A stretch of 63,981 nt of DNA, filler included. It is 10 parts of 10 records of this genome, joined end to end, with 100 filler letters (N's around TTAATTAATTAA, not from the genome) between each part and the next. Parts side by side here need not be neighbours in the genome. Positions count along the whole stretch, not along the records: positions 11,668 to 25,525 come from SRR7504441_550; 9 more parts are not named here. The stretch is one strand, 5' to 3'. The notes under the pieces were generated by a model, which was not told the origin of the DNA, ran no database searches, and worked only from the letters and a program-made list of their open reading frames with translations. Made by a program: the position numbers and the translations under genes. The number at the start of each line of letters is the position of its first letter. Positions within the stretch are counted from its first letter, which is position 1. Positions 12,057 through 25,116 of the stretch are shown here, one piece after another.

Positions 12057-12193
12057 GTGCCATACCTGTCAGGACATTACTAGCTGATTCGTGTATAATA
12101 AATAGCGATACAATACACCTATACACAATGCTCACCGCAAGGATACCGCAACGATATCTATACACATAGCTATTTACTTGTAATACAATTCCA

Positions 12194-12689
12194 CTAGCAC
12201 CCTCGCGCGCCGCCCTGCTGCTCCACCATCACATCGATAACATCGTCGTCCTCCATGTCCCGCTGCAAAGCGCACCCACGTCAGCCCAGCGTCGACTCCG
12301 CGACCGGCACACTGCCGAGGCACTAGCTCCCGACTTCCAGCCCGACCGGCCAACCCTGGCAGATGCACCTCCTCCGGTGTGTGATCGTCCTCCAGTCTGT
12401 CTCCGTCGTGCAGGAACCGCACGCCCTTTTTATCCTGCCGCCAGCTGGAACCGCACGCCGGCTGGCCGCTTTGGGTGCAGCAGGCGCACCAGGTTCTCAC
12501 GCGAACAATATGCGTCGAACAGCTTTTTGAGCTTGGCCGACCTGTCCCCCCAGCCTCAGCCTGCTCCAGAGCTGCCGTGGACCGCTTAATTTTGAAGAGC
12601 ACCGACTCTCTGCCCTGCATCTGCACTTTGAGCTTGATCTGCCCCTCCTTGACGTCCGGCTTGGACTCGACTTCCCCTTCGACTCCCAT
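12194..12689 (-). CDS. SUMO: Small ubiquitin-like modifier, three introns
   Basis: Spliced: IKLKVQMQGRESVLFKIKRSAKLKKLFDAYCSRENLDKKGVRFLHDGDRLEDDHTPEERDMEDDDVIDVMVEQQGG-ARGC*. Confidence 0.92.
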
Positions 12690-12956
12690 CACCCAGATTT
12701 ACGTTGTTGCTTGAACCGGAGCCCGGCGCGCCATCTGGCAGACACGGAGTACTGTATACCGGAGTACCAGGTACATGTACCGGTAGTACATCTAGTCTAA
12801 TTCGGTGTCTTTGATTACGAGCACGCTGTTGGTAGACCTATTGATTACGCCGGATAATCGGACGTGTACTCGTGATGAGTTTACGCACAAATTTTTATTT
12901 ACTGTGCACGTGTCCGACTAATCGATTTTGCATTTAGCGTGCACACCCGCATTGAC

Positions 12957-14052
12957 CTAGTCCAAGTCAACAGGCTTCAGGAAGCTCGTTAGCCCCGCAA
13001 TCCATGACAACGACGGCTCGAGTCCCAAGAACAGTCCGTGCTCCCGGGCCTTGGGTAGGTGGCGTTGCAGCTTCGCTGGCCATTGGTCTGTAGACCGGCT
13101 GCCAAACTCTGCATTGACTGCTTGCAGCGCCGCGAGGAGCTGGTCGGCCGAACAGTTGTGGAGCGCCTCGTCGTCGAGGTCTGTGAACACCCGGTTGCGC
13201 AGCGATGGCAAATGCAAGTGCGGCGGCCTGCACTTTGCACTCGGCTTGAACATTGCCCGGAATGTCCCTGCCAGCCGATTGCACGCCTCGTCAATGCCTG
13301 GGCAACACAGCTCAACACTTTAGCACTGGGGGCAGGAGGTTACATTGTTTGCGGTCCGGGGCGAGCGAAGAGGGCAGGTCTATCTCCTGGACCGTCTCCG
13401 CTTTGTTGCACTCCAGGAATAAGTCCCGCACATCGGACCGGCTCTGAACCGGATAGACCTCCACCAGAAGCTCGAACTGCTCTCCCTGCTGCACCAGCCG
13501 CTGCACCGCCCCTAGCCTGTGCTGCCCGTCAAACACTCCACAGGGCTGCTTAATCCGGGCTGACCCACGCTCGATGTACCGGCCGGTCGCGTCTACGTAC
13601 TGGAACACAGAGATAACCCCCATAAACCAGACATTCCCCCCGCACCGCTGCCGCTGTGCCCTCTTCACCCCTGCAATCTCTCCCATCCGGGCTTCATCGC
13701 ACGGTCGCTGCTCTGACCAGACTGGAACTCCTTCGCTCAGCGCTTTGGCATCAGCCCGGTATACCTTCTTGCGCTCCATATCAGCGACCAATTGGCCATA
13801 AACTGGGTGCGGTGGCGGCTCGGCCACTGCCGTACGATTGCACTCCTGGCTGGCCCGGACTTTTCCTCTGCTCAGCCGCGCTTTCAGGGCCTCGTTTTCC
13901 TTCCTGAGCAGCGCATTCTCGGTCCTGAGCAGCTCGCTGCTGCGGCCCTTGCTGACAGCTGACCCTGGACAGCCAAGGTTGACCAGCTGACCCAAGATCT
14001 GCCGCCCAGACGGTGAGGCCAGAGGTGAGGCCTGACGCTTTGGTGCAGCCAT
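12957..14052 (-). CDS. DGQHR-domain (ParB/DndB-like superfamily) protein with N-terminal coiled coil
   Basis: W..QR.....R..EI, GVISVF, VFDGQHRL (13516-13530), LVEVY, LFLECNKA; GT-AG intron near 13284-13343 joins the C-terminal exon. Confidence 0.75.
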
Positions 14053-14470
14053 TTGGATTTGATTTATATTTCTCAGAGGCTCCCTGAAAAATGATGGCAC
14101 TGGGTGGGCCGGTGCCCAAGGGGGCGTTCCCTTGTGCTCTCGCAACGTTCTTGGACTCGTTGGAAGCCTCGTGGCGGTGACGGATCGGATCTGTCGGCCT
14201 CGAGAGGTGAGTGCTTCAATAGCACTGTCTTGAATCGGGGGTCGATTTGATCATCACTGATGACTCTGATCTGTCCGGTGTCTGCCCGTTACTGTTTCAC
14301 CCTAGAGTCTAGACTACGTAGCTTTGTCGTCTCTTCGCCCGCGGCGTTTTGTGACTCCCTTTTGGCAAACAGCGCAGGGGGGCACAGGGTGCGCAGCAAT
14401 GGGCGGAGTTAGTCTGTGGAGTTAGTCTGTGAGTGGGCACCTGCCAGTATCCAACCATTCGCTCCTTGGC

Positions 14471-14749
14471 ATGGCGGTAGCGGAGTGGGTGGACTTGGAC
14501 GCCGCCAGGACAAGTGCAACTCGCGCACGAGGGTACATCGGACGGATCCTGGCGATAGCCTGCGGCTTGAGCTTGCTGCTCACGGTAGTTCCCCAGCTTA
14601 CAGGGGGTGACAGCCCACTGCTGGCAGCAACTGCTAGCCCTCGGAAACGGAAACGATTTCATAATCTCCAGCTCGTTGTATTCGCCGCTCTTGTGGTATC
14701 AACACTCGTGGGAGCAACAATCATATTCTCGTGGGAGCATCACACATAG
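14471..14749 (+). CDS. Small hypothetical protein with two hydrophobic segments
   Basis: ILAIACGLSLLLTVV and LVVFAALVVSTLVGATIIF. Confidence 0.4.
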   Translation: MAVAEWVDLDAARTSATRARGYIGRILAIACGLSLLLTVVPQLTGGDSPLLAATASPRKRKRFHNLQLVVFAALVVSTLVGATIIFSWEHHT

Positions 14750-15194
14750 TTGTGTTGTACTCGCACAAGTTTGTAGAACTTTACGCATGAAAACTAGTTA
14801 CTCGTAGACATGTATTATGATAAAACCTATGACCACATTGATTTATTTGTATTATCATACTCGAGTATACCTATTGTTATTTATCGAGTTTGTTATATAT
14901 TCTTACAATCATCGATTACATTATTGTTATGCGTTCTTATAGTGTTCTTACAATCGTGATTTTGTGGGGATCCATATGCATGGCCATGGAGGCACATGCA
15001 GGTCGGTTTGCCTAAGATCTACATGTATGCTAACCCTCATCCTTGCCGTGCCTGGGCCGTACCTAGGCCGTGCCCTAGCCTAGCCCTAGTTGTGCCCTAT
15101 AGTGCCCTACAGGAGGGTAAAGTCTATACTAAGTCTATACTAGTACTTACGTGAGTATACGGATTTAATTTTGAAATGTATTAATTCTCTGTTC

Positions 15195-18100
15195 TTACAT
15201 GGCACTATGTTCAGCTCCACTATCTTGCTTCGATTCGTTCACTATTCCATCTGGACTCGATTGCAGGGACTCGTGTACAAAATCTGAGGCTAAGTTGTGC
15301 TCCACCACCTGGCATCAAGATCCATCAGATTTGCTATGTGCCTTGATGGCTTGGGGTAGCGTGGGGGCACCTCCTCAAGTTCAATTGCTTCACCGCTCAG
15401 AGAGGGGAGAGAGGGGGGATCGTCGTCATCATTGGGCTCCTCAGGCTGTTGATGTTTTGCAAAACGTAGGAAAACCTTCAAACGAGCTCAAGAGGGGGCT
15501 GCCAAGAAGAAATTGCCTGTTCTAAGGAGGTCTGAGATATAGAATAGTCTACAATCCCAAGTTGCACCTGCCAAACTAGGTGAACACCCACAGAGCAGCG
15601 CCGTGCCCTGTGAGACTCGAGGACTTGGAAAGTCGGGCCCAGCTCATCCTCTCGGATAGGGACATTGTCGTACCTCAACCTGCCAGGTACGCCAGGTTCG
15701 AGCTGGGCATCTGCATGTATCCTGCATAATCTGATTCAGCAACGGCCAATGCGCAACTCAGGGCCAGAAGGGAATATAAAAACTGCCTGCTCTTTACAAA
15801 TTCGTCCACAGCATCGCGCCTATCTCGATCCTCTGAGGAGAGCTGCAGCTCCAAAGTATACCCAGTGCCAAACCTTGGCATAGATCACTCCAGCCGAAAG
15901 CCGACGCTTTGGCACCTGGACTTGAGATGCTGCGCCGAGCCAATGCACGCAAGTTCGCCGTTGATCATGATAGCAATGCTCGTGCAAAGCTCATCAGCCT
16001 CCTCCATTGAGTGGGTGGTCAGTACAATGCACAGCTCGTCAAGATTGGCCCTGAGGAACCGCCAGATTGCATTCCTTGCGGCGGGATCTATCCCAGAGGA
16101 GGGTTCGTCGAGGAAAACCAGAGTGGGTGACCTGTAATAAGTTATTTCCAGGAGTGTTGGGCTCAAGTGCGCACCCAACCATAGCAATCGCTAGTGAAAG
16201 CTTTCTCCTGGTGCCACCAGAACAGTCCTCTGCCAGCCTGATGACAAAGCAAGTCAGTGAGGCAGCATGGGAAGTCGCCTATCAGCGTGATCTGTCAGGG
16301 CTAGGTGTGATATCAGCTCCGATACCCACTGGTCCCGGAATTTGACTCCCTTAATCCGCGCATAGAGTTCCAGGTGCTCTTTCACAGTCATCAACTCAAT
16401 CAAGGCATCAGTCTGAGGACAAAACCTTGCCAACCCACATCACAGGCCAACATGTTTGGCTGTGGTGCACCCAAAGGTCTTGTAAGCCTCTCGAAGCGCA
16501 AGATCGCGAACAGATCTACCGTTGAGCCAAGCGTCACCATCAGTCACCTAGTCCATAAGTCAGCCTGCAAAGAGTCGCGAGAAACCGAGATCTCTCCCGA
16601 CAGCATCGACAGCAGGGTAGTCTTCCCGGCACCATTGGGCCCTATCAGTCCGAAACAAGCTCCTTTCGAAGCTCCAAACGTCACTGAATTGACTGCAACC
16701 TTGGTTTGTTGTGCACACCGGCCATTGAGGCATTTATAGCTCTTGAAAACCTGCAGAGCAATCAAAGCTGTAGGTAGGCCCAAGCATTCACCTTGCGAAG
16801 TTCATTTAGCCGAAGTGAACAGCTATCGCCCTCATGCAACACCCTGTCCCTCTCGCGTAGCACGTCTTCATCCTCAGTGTGCCGGCCTCGAGTAGGGGTA
16901 TCATTACGCTTGCACTTTTTACAGAGGTATCGCCAGCACTGCTTGCACTTACAGCGGGTGTCGATAAGCAATACTAGGTAGAAGAACACACAAGCTTCGA
17001 TTAGCATGATCAAATAAGAGACCCGTATGACCCCTTTCTGGTGATCCCACGTCGCCACGTGCAAATCTTCTTCGGAGAGGATGCCCTGATTGATGATGTT
17101 GACCAGCCCGTAGGTCAAGCAGAAGTTTGGTGACAGCATGAACAAATTTCGGACCCAGATTGTTGCAAATTGGGACGAATCCATCTCCTCAATTGTCTCA
17201 AGAGCCACTACCATGACAAGCATGAGAAAGCTCACAACCTGGCTTGCTGTCTGCAGAACGCTCTGGCAAGTTGTGTGGTGCTCGAACAGAAATGACAGCA
17301 GATACATTAAAGGCACAATCGCAATCCCAAAGAACAGCAACAGGAGCACAACTGACAACAGCTGGAGCCCTCTGAATAACTGCACGTCAAGCACGAGCAC
17401 GAGCACACTGGTGGCAGCAATGGGCACTAGATATAGCAGATAGTCCACTATCAGATTGGTAGTCCAGTAAACCTGAATAGGTTCACTGTCTGCCCCTCTG
17501 AGAGGAATACATGCTAAATCTGAATTCAAACACGAAAGCACAAGCAAATACAGCACTAGCAACACTAACACACCTGTAAGGACGTCCCCGAAACAGTCAG
17601 CTGGTGCTTGGTCTTCGTTTCTTTCTCGCGGACCAGCGCCACAGCAAAGCTGATTGGGATGTGTGCAAATGCTGAGCTCACTAGAAAAATTGAATACAGC
17701 GCGACCTTGCACCCAGAGAAAATCAGAAACACAGGCTATTATGCATCCTAGGAATAAAGAGTACCGCAGAGATGAGGAGCGAGTTACTAGAACTGTCATC
17801 TGAGTCATAATATCGTTCGTGCGCAACCAGGATTTCAATTGGTCTGTCAAGCAGCACTTGGAGGTACGCAGAGTCGAGCATAGCGATGGCTGACGGGATG
17901 ATCCTATTCGCCGTCTGGTTGTACAAGAGCGTCACATCACAGCCAGTTCGCGAGTCAACCACTACCCCATTATGGCTTGGATAGTTCTGTGGATTCTGTA
18001 GTAAATAATCGAGAAGCGGCTCCTCATTGTGGAATTCCATTGAGGTATTGTATGCATTGTCTGCCTGACTCAACCAACTCCGAACCCAGTCCACACGATC

Positions 18101-20993
18101 AAATGTCGATTCATAGCTAAACACCATGTGCTGGTATTTGTACGGGTCCATTCGCATGCGCTGGTATTGGTTGCTAGGTTTGATGACGTGCTGCTTTGCT
18201 ACCACCACACCAAGGATCACACCTACACAAACGACAGGAACCAACAGCTGCAACGTCAAGCCATGTAGGTCGCGTGAAACGCACAGAAACCGCTTAATAA
18301 ACATTCCAGCCATTTGTTGTCTCCAAGTCGGTGGCTGAACTTCACAAGCAGATGGATCAAGTCGCGGGACCGGCTCCACTGTGGGTTGCTCGTTCTCAGG
18401 TAAAGTAGAGTTGAAAATTCTGAGGAAGACCTCCTCAAGAGTGGGTGTTGAAATTCCATACTCCATCACCCCGAGTTGCTTCTGGTTTTCCGACAGAGAG
18501 GTGAATAGTTGTGCAAATTTATGATGCTCACGGGCTGGCACCATCATCCTAAGCTCCTGGCCAGCCATAGATGTGAACTCAGCGCTACTGATGTGTTGCT
18601 GTATGAACCCAGTTGCTTCATGTGCTGTTTGCTCAGACAGCTCTTGAAAAACCATTCGGAGACGGTAGCCTCGCCCAAAGGTTGACTTGAGGAATGCTGG
18701 CGAGCCGACAGCCCGAAGCTCGCCCTTGGACAGCACGGCGATCCGATCGCCAAGAACATCGGCCTCGTCCATCAGGTGTGTGGTGAGCACAAGCACTCTG
18801 TCCTTCTTGCGCTCTGAGAGCAGATCCCACACCATTCTGCGTGCCACAGGGTCCATACCCGCCGTTGGCTCGTCAAGGTATACAATTCGTGGATCGCCAA
18901 CAAGCGCCATCGCCAGCAGAAGACGGCGCTTCTCGCCACCTGACAGTTTTGCAGCAAAGGTGGACTGCATTGGCTCAATCATTAACGCAGCCAGTTCCCG
19001 CTTAACCTTGTCCTCAGGGTTAGCTACTCCTGTAAGTGCAGCAAACAGCGTTAGGTGCTCCACTGCGGTCAAGTCCTCAAATAAACAAGGGTGCTGTGGG
19101 CAGATCCCCTGTCCCGTGATGTCACGTTGGTCGGGCTGTGTTGATGTACTACCATAAACGGTCAGCTTGCCGGAGGTCGGCCTGGAGAGCCCACACAGCA
19201 GCGAGATCAGTGTTGTCTTGCCTGCACCGTTGTGCCCCAGCAGTGCAGTGACCTGGTCTTCGAGCATGTGCACTGTCACGTTCCGCAATACAGTGTTCTG
19301 GCTCCAACCCCCCCAACAGCTGCCCCAGAACTTTTTTGTGAGGTTCTCTGTCACAATTGCAACCTTGTGCTGTAGTTGATCCGGAATTTTCTCAAACACA
19401 ACCTCTGAGGTCTGCAGGGTTTCGAGCTCTACAAACCCAGTTTGGGTTGGCTCGGGCTGGGCCCGCAGACAGAACAGGAGCCCCTGGTTGAAGCCATGCT
19501 CACGCCCAAAAACCCAGACCTGGTCTAGATACCAAGCGAGCAGCAGATAGAGCACCGCATCGACCAGCAGCATTACCAGCACCACGATGAGCGACACTGG
19601 GCCCTTGCTGATGCCGACAAGAGCGTGCATTCCTAAGACGTCATCAGCCTGCTGCGAGATTAATACCTCCATACCATACGCGAAGCAGATTGGAGCAGAG
19701 AGACAAGGGAACAGCACCTCAGGCACTGAATCGAAGCTGCACCAGAACTTGGGGATGAACAGGGCGATGGTCAGAAATGAAGCGATCGAAGAAGCAACAG
19801 TAGCTGTGTTGAAGAATACTGATATCAGGAACGAGATCGATACAAGAGAGAGTGCGAAGAACAGCAGCAGCAGCCATAGCACCAGGCAGTTGACTGCAAG
19901 CACCAGTTGAGTGGCTGTGGCTATCACAGCCATGATAACAGTGGTGATAAAGCAGAGAATCCCATACGTGATGAACCAAGATGTGCCGTAGCCAATGGAC
20001 GAGAGACCCATCACCAGCATGGTGTCCTTCATCTTCTCCTCTTTCTCTATCACTATACTCTGCACAATTGCAGCCACGATCGGCATAAACGAAATGCACA
20101 CGTACAGACTGCCCGCGCGCAGGAATGTGTTCTCGAACGGATCGTAAGAGTAACCCTGCGTTGGGTATGCCCGCACCAGCCACCGCAGCGCACTTTTCTT
20201 GTTCTCACGGCCATCACACCCTTTGGCTGTCCAGTCAATCGTGCTGTTGCCCGCAGTGAGCATCGTCGTGAGCTCCCGGTTGATCGAGGCCTCCAGATAG
20301 GCGAACCCCGACTGGTAGTACAAGGTGGCTGTGTGTGAGGGCGGCAGATTGCTTGGGGCAAAGTCGTACACAATGTTCGCCAGCCCGGTCGCGTTGAGTC
20401 GGATCGAATACTCAATCTGGTCCGTCAGGCTACCATCATCCTCCAGCTCCCACGTCACCTGCCGGCCGTCTGGCCCGGCCTCTGCCGGGCTGGGCACCAG
20501 TGCGAGCTGGATCAGGTCACTGTGCGCGGCGTAGTACGCTTCCACATCCCTCCGGGTCGCAAACCCGCGGACGCGCTGCACGCGGGCGCCTGGCCCCCGC
20601 CACTCGCCGATTGGGCCGGGCAGCTGGCACCGGCTGCCACCCCGACACGTTCCATCAGGAGCCCCACCTGCCCGCCACTGGGCCAGGGCCATCGGCGGTG
20701 GCACCTCAATGTTGGTGTTGGGTGTGAAGGCGATCTCGCCGTCGGAGGTCCAGCTGTGCGTGGCGAGCGACTCCGGGTCCTGGTACCGGGTCTCCGCTAT
20801 GTCCTTGGATTGGAGCAGGACCCGCAGCAAACAAAACACCTGCACCGGATCAGCCGCCGGCCGGCCCTCGGCACACCGAGAGGAAGAGCACCGGCACACC
20901 AATCTCGAACAGGGTGTGCCGGCCCGACCGGGTCTTGGATAGAAGGTTCTTCCAGCAGAGCGCCCTCACCTCGGCCCAGACCCCCTCTCTCAT
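15195..20993 (-). CDS. Full-length ABCA transporter (TMD-NBD-TMD-NBD)
   Basis: N-term [11 protein letters not shown]...TLFE; NBD1 [42 protein letters not shown]2 [47 protein letters not shown]; many introns. Confidence 0.95.
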
Positions 20994-21080
20994 CCCCCGC
21001 GTGTCCACGCCGCACTCAGCCTCGACTCAGAAATGCAAAATGCGATCGATCCGTTACGGGACCGAACGTTACTCAAAACA
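20994..21080. promoter_or_regulatory. 87-bp bidirectional promoter with CCGTTA (21051-21056)
   Basis: Divergent ATGs at 20993(-) and 21081(+). Confidence 0.6.
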
Positions 21081-21493
21081 ATGGCAAGCAACGCGTCGCT
21101 GACTGGGTTCCGGCAGAAGCTGGTGACATGCATCGACGACCTGCGCACCAGGCGGGAGGCACTGAACGAGAGCATCCGGGAGGACGAGATGCAGAAGATC
21201 GAGATCGAGAACAAGCTGCCGCGGCTCTCCATGGAGCTCTCTAGGTCCCCCCGCCTCGCCGGGGCGAGCCGACCGGACGCAGGTCCAACGACAAGATCGA
21301 GCGACTGGACAAGTCCAACCAAGAGATCGAGTCGGCCATCCAAAACATCGAGGAGTGCAACAAGCGGGTGCCGCTGCAGTCGGTTGCCTGGGCGAGCGGG
21401 GGCGGGCAGATCAAGGAAGCAAAGGAGCGGTACAAGGGCGTGTGTGAGAAGGAGCGCAAATACCATGAGGACCGCAAGGCCAAGGGCCTCTAG
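21081..21493 (+). CDS. SSNA1/DIP13-like coiled-coil microtubule protein, two introns
   Basis: MASNASLTGFRQKLVTCIDDLRTRREALNESIREDEMQKIEIEN matches the LV.CI.DLR.KREE..I.E.E.EK pattern. Confidence 0.75.
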
Positions 21494-21862
21494 AGCGGTC
21501 CCGCCTGGGGTTTGGGGGACGCCGCCGTCGGGCCGGTTTGGGCGGATGATGGAGGCGAGTAGTGTACAGCGAGCGGTGAGCAGGCGGCCGGAGGAGTCAG
21601 CAGTGCGCCGCAACTGTGGTTGTAGCCAGTTTTAGGTGACGGTACAAATAATGGATAACTCAATCATACTTGTCGGAGCGCCTGCCTTTGCTGAGAAATC
21701 GTGCAGCCGCAAACCGGTCGAGTGCTCGTGATCGTTGATTTCGATTGCGCTTAATTTACTAATGGCAGTCCGGGCGTGCACACATCTCGCTTAGCGCGCA
21801 TGTTCCCCTTGCCGTCGGTTGCCCGCAGGATTGCCGAGTATTTGTTTAATAGCTATAATGGA

Positions 21863-22708
21863 TCACTCGTAAAGGTGGCCGTAGCTAATCCACCACAAGT
21901 CAGCATCCTCCCGGGACTGTGGCGTAATGCAACAGAAATCTAATTTGTTCAAGCTCTTGAGCGCCGCCACGGTGAATGTCCGATACGGTGGCTGCCCACC
22001 AGTCAGTCTCAGCCGAGCCAGCAGGCTGGTGCCTTTTTGCTCTCCTCTAAGGGGTTGCCATGCAAAGCCAGAGACTTGAGGTTGGGCAGCGCTCTCAGCT
22101 TGAGCACCTGTCGGGCCGGTCAGTCCGCCTCCAAGGTGGTCCGGGCGCCTCTTTGATGTCTGTGAGCTGGTTGCCCTGCAGGTAGAGCACCTTGATGGTG
22201 GACGGGGCCAGGTTGAGCACCACCGGCTCGATTATCCTGAGCTGGTTGCACGAGAGGTCCAGCCAGCTCATCTTCTCCGGGTGGTCGAACATCTCCTCCA
22301 CCGCCTCGCCCAGCCCGTCCATCGTGCTTATGTTGTTGTTGCACAGCCGGAGGCACGTACTGATCGGGGTCACTTCATAGCACGACTTGATCTTAGGCTT
22401 CGGCTTCTGCTCACCCCCGCTCGCCGCTGGCCCGCCCCCACGCCGGCACCTTCTTCCCGGCGGCGGCCACCACCGCCGTCTCCCCGGCGCTCACTTGCCG
22501 CAGCCTGGATTTGGAGGAGAGCACCCCGGTCCGCGGCTCCTCGTCCAGGCATTCTGCCCCGCGGTCGGCCGGCCCGAGCCCAGAGCGCACCGGCCACAGC
22601 TTCGAGCTCCATAAACGAGAAGTCAAGCGCCGGGCCGGGCACGTAGTTGGGCTCCAGCTGGCCGCCGGCCGCCACAATCTTCTGCTTCTCCTTGAAGGAC
22701 AGCAGCAT
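21863..22708 (-). CDS. LRRC51: Leucine-rich repeat protein 51
   Basis: LDFSF..EEPRTG, LRLCNNNI, PEKMSWLDLSCNQL, VLYLQGNQL, LKSLALHGNPLEE, LDF..IT; includes two GC-AG introns. Confidence 0.88.
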
Positions 22709-22786
22709 CTCGGGGTCAGGAATAGCTGCGAGTTCCGTTGAATACCGCTGATACCGGCCTTCCGATCAGGGCTGCCGGCTTGCCAA
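22709..22786. promoter_or_regulatory. 78-bp bidirectional promoter with CCGTTG (22735-22740)
   Basis: Divergent ATGs at 22708(-) and 22787(+). Confidence 0.6.
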
Positions 22787-24825
22787 ATGCGGGGGGCGAG
22801 CGGCGAATCGGCGGCGCTGGCCCTGTCGGACTTCGAGATCGTCAAGATGATCGGCAAGGGATCGGCCGGGACCGCGCAGCTGGCCCGATGCCGCGCGGAC
22901 GGCAGCATGGTCTGCCTGAAGATGATCGAAGGCAGCTACTCGACCGAGTCGCACACAGTGGCGCTCAACCAGTCGTCATGGGCGGAGGTCCGGGTTCTCC
23001 AGCGGCTGGCCCACCCGCACGTGATTGGGTACCAAGGCTGCTTCCAGCACGGGAGCACACTGCACGTGGTAATGGAGTTCGCGGAGGGCGGAGATCTCGA
23101 GAAACTCTGGCTGCAGGCCCAGCGGGAGCAGCGGGGTTTCTCGGAGCAGCAGGTCGTCGGCTGGACTGGCCAGATCGCCCAGGCGCTCGAGTACGTCCAC
23201 AGCCAGAAGGTGCTGCACCGGGATCTCAAGCTGGCCAATGTACTGCTCGACGGCCAGAGCAGAGTCAAGCTGGCCGACTTTGGGCTGGCTCGCACGCTGG
23301 ACACACAGTCCTACCTGGCCCAGACCATGTGCGGCACCCCGTTCTACATCTCGCCCGAGCTTTGCAAGGGCGAGGCCTATGGGAGCAAGAGTGACATCTG
23401 GGCACTCGGATGCATTTTGTATGAGCTGCTCACACTCCGCCGGCCGTTCGACGGCAATGCGCTCCACGCGCTGGTGCTCAAGATCTGCACGGCCGAGGTC
23501 GCCCCGCTCTACCCGGTCCGGTCGCGTGCGATGGCCAAGCTAGTCTCCACGCTGCTTCAGAAGGATCCCAACCGGCGGCCGAGGGCAGCTGAGCTTGTCC
23601 GAGCCCCAATCTTCTCTTCGCTGTCGGCCCCGCTGCCGCCGGTTCCGGAGGCTGCGCGGAGGCTCACGCCGAGCGAGGCCAGGAGGCGCGCATCTGAGGG
23701 CGTGCGTCGCCTTAAAAACGACACACAGGGGTCGTGGGAGAGGGTCGAGCGGACTGAGAGGGCATTGAGTGCTGCCGAGCGGGTCCGGGGACAGTGTGCG
23801 GAGCAGTCGCTCGGACAGGAGCTGCTCAGCCCAGCCCAACGGATTAAGCAGAGCCAGGAGTGCGACCTAGTGACCACATGCAGCTCGGAACGGCTCGAGC
23901 ATGTGCGCGACCGGCCGAGCGAGCACTCGGAGCAGTTCGGCACGGCGCACTGGGGTGGCCAACGGAACTCTGTGCTCTGGAGCAAACAGAGCTCGGATGC
24001 GCTGGCGTTGGTGCAGGGCAGCGAGAGCGCGAGCCTGCTTGGTCAACTGATCAGCTGCCGGCTCCCACAGGCATCCACCGCCATTGCCGGGCTGAGCCTC
24101 CGCCAGGTGGAGATGGAGAAGTTTGTGGAGAGCTCGTTATCGCCGTTGCTGGCCCGACAGAGTTCACAGCCACAGCTTGTTGCGGCACTGCTAGTGCTCC
24201 AGCGTGTGTCGTCTGAGCCGCAGGTGCTGCAAGCGCTCCGGCAAACAACTGAATCCGGCAGGTTCGATCGACGGCCACACATGCACTGCTGTGCATACGT
24301 AAACACGGCGGGCTGACGATAGAAGTAACGCTGCCAGAAATGCATACACACAAGTCGGCCTCTGGGAGTGTCGAGTACACACTGTTCAACCTGCTGCTGG
24401 CAGTGAACATAGCACCGGTCGAGCTTCCCCAGGAATACACACACACTGCAATGGTCCGGCGATACTCGCAATTCAGAGAGCTTAGCAATCATTTGGAGAG
24501 CGATCCTGCGACTAAGGCGTTCTGGAAGGTGCTGTGGCGCTACTTTGGTCGGGCTGATGGAGGGCAGGCGGCCCCAGCAGCAGTCCACGATTTTCCAAAG
24601 AAGTTTTGGTTCAACAACTTTAATCAAGCCAAGTTAGAGCAGCGGCGGCATGAGCTCGAGGGCTGGCTACGAGGAGTGATGGTGGCAAGTGGGCTTGGGA
24701 ATTGTGAGGCAGTCGGCCAATTCCTGCGAATGCCGTGCCAGCCTGCTGAGATTGATGATGCTAGGCGGACCATCACTAGCCAAGAGGGCAAGCCCCTGGT
24801 GTTGTTGGAGAGTAACTACATGTAA
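22787..24825 (+). CDS. NIMA-related (NEK) kinase with C-terminal PX domain
   Basis: HRDLKLANV, DFGLAR, CGTPFYISPE, SDIWALGC; a 38-nt GT-AG intron near 24224-24261 joins an exon with VRRYSQFREL..FPKK..LEQRRHELEGWL. Confidence 0.85.
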
Positions 24826-25116
24826 TTAAGATTTCCATACATTAAACTAGATAACCGGATAACTAGATAACCGGATAACGTATAGATAACGTGAGAGAAT
24901 TCATTTACTAAAGTCGAGCGGGTCAAGTCCCGCCACATAACCATCGTTAACTAGATAACGTGATCTACAATGTCATAATTGTGTGTCATGTACATCATGT
25001 GATTGTACTTTCACTGCATGTAATAGCGTCGTTTTCTATTCAATCCTAATGCCTAGACCAAGCTTAGACCAGATGGGGCACTCGTATAATTATCAGCTAG
25101 CTATACTCGTAGATGT

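Noticed and set aside
22053-22068. RFX X-box-like GTTGCCATGCAAAG near ciliary genes
   Set aside because: Lies inside an LRRC51 coding exon (LHGNP codons) and is an imperfect match
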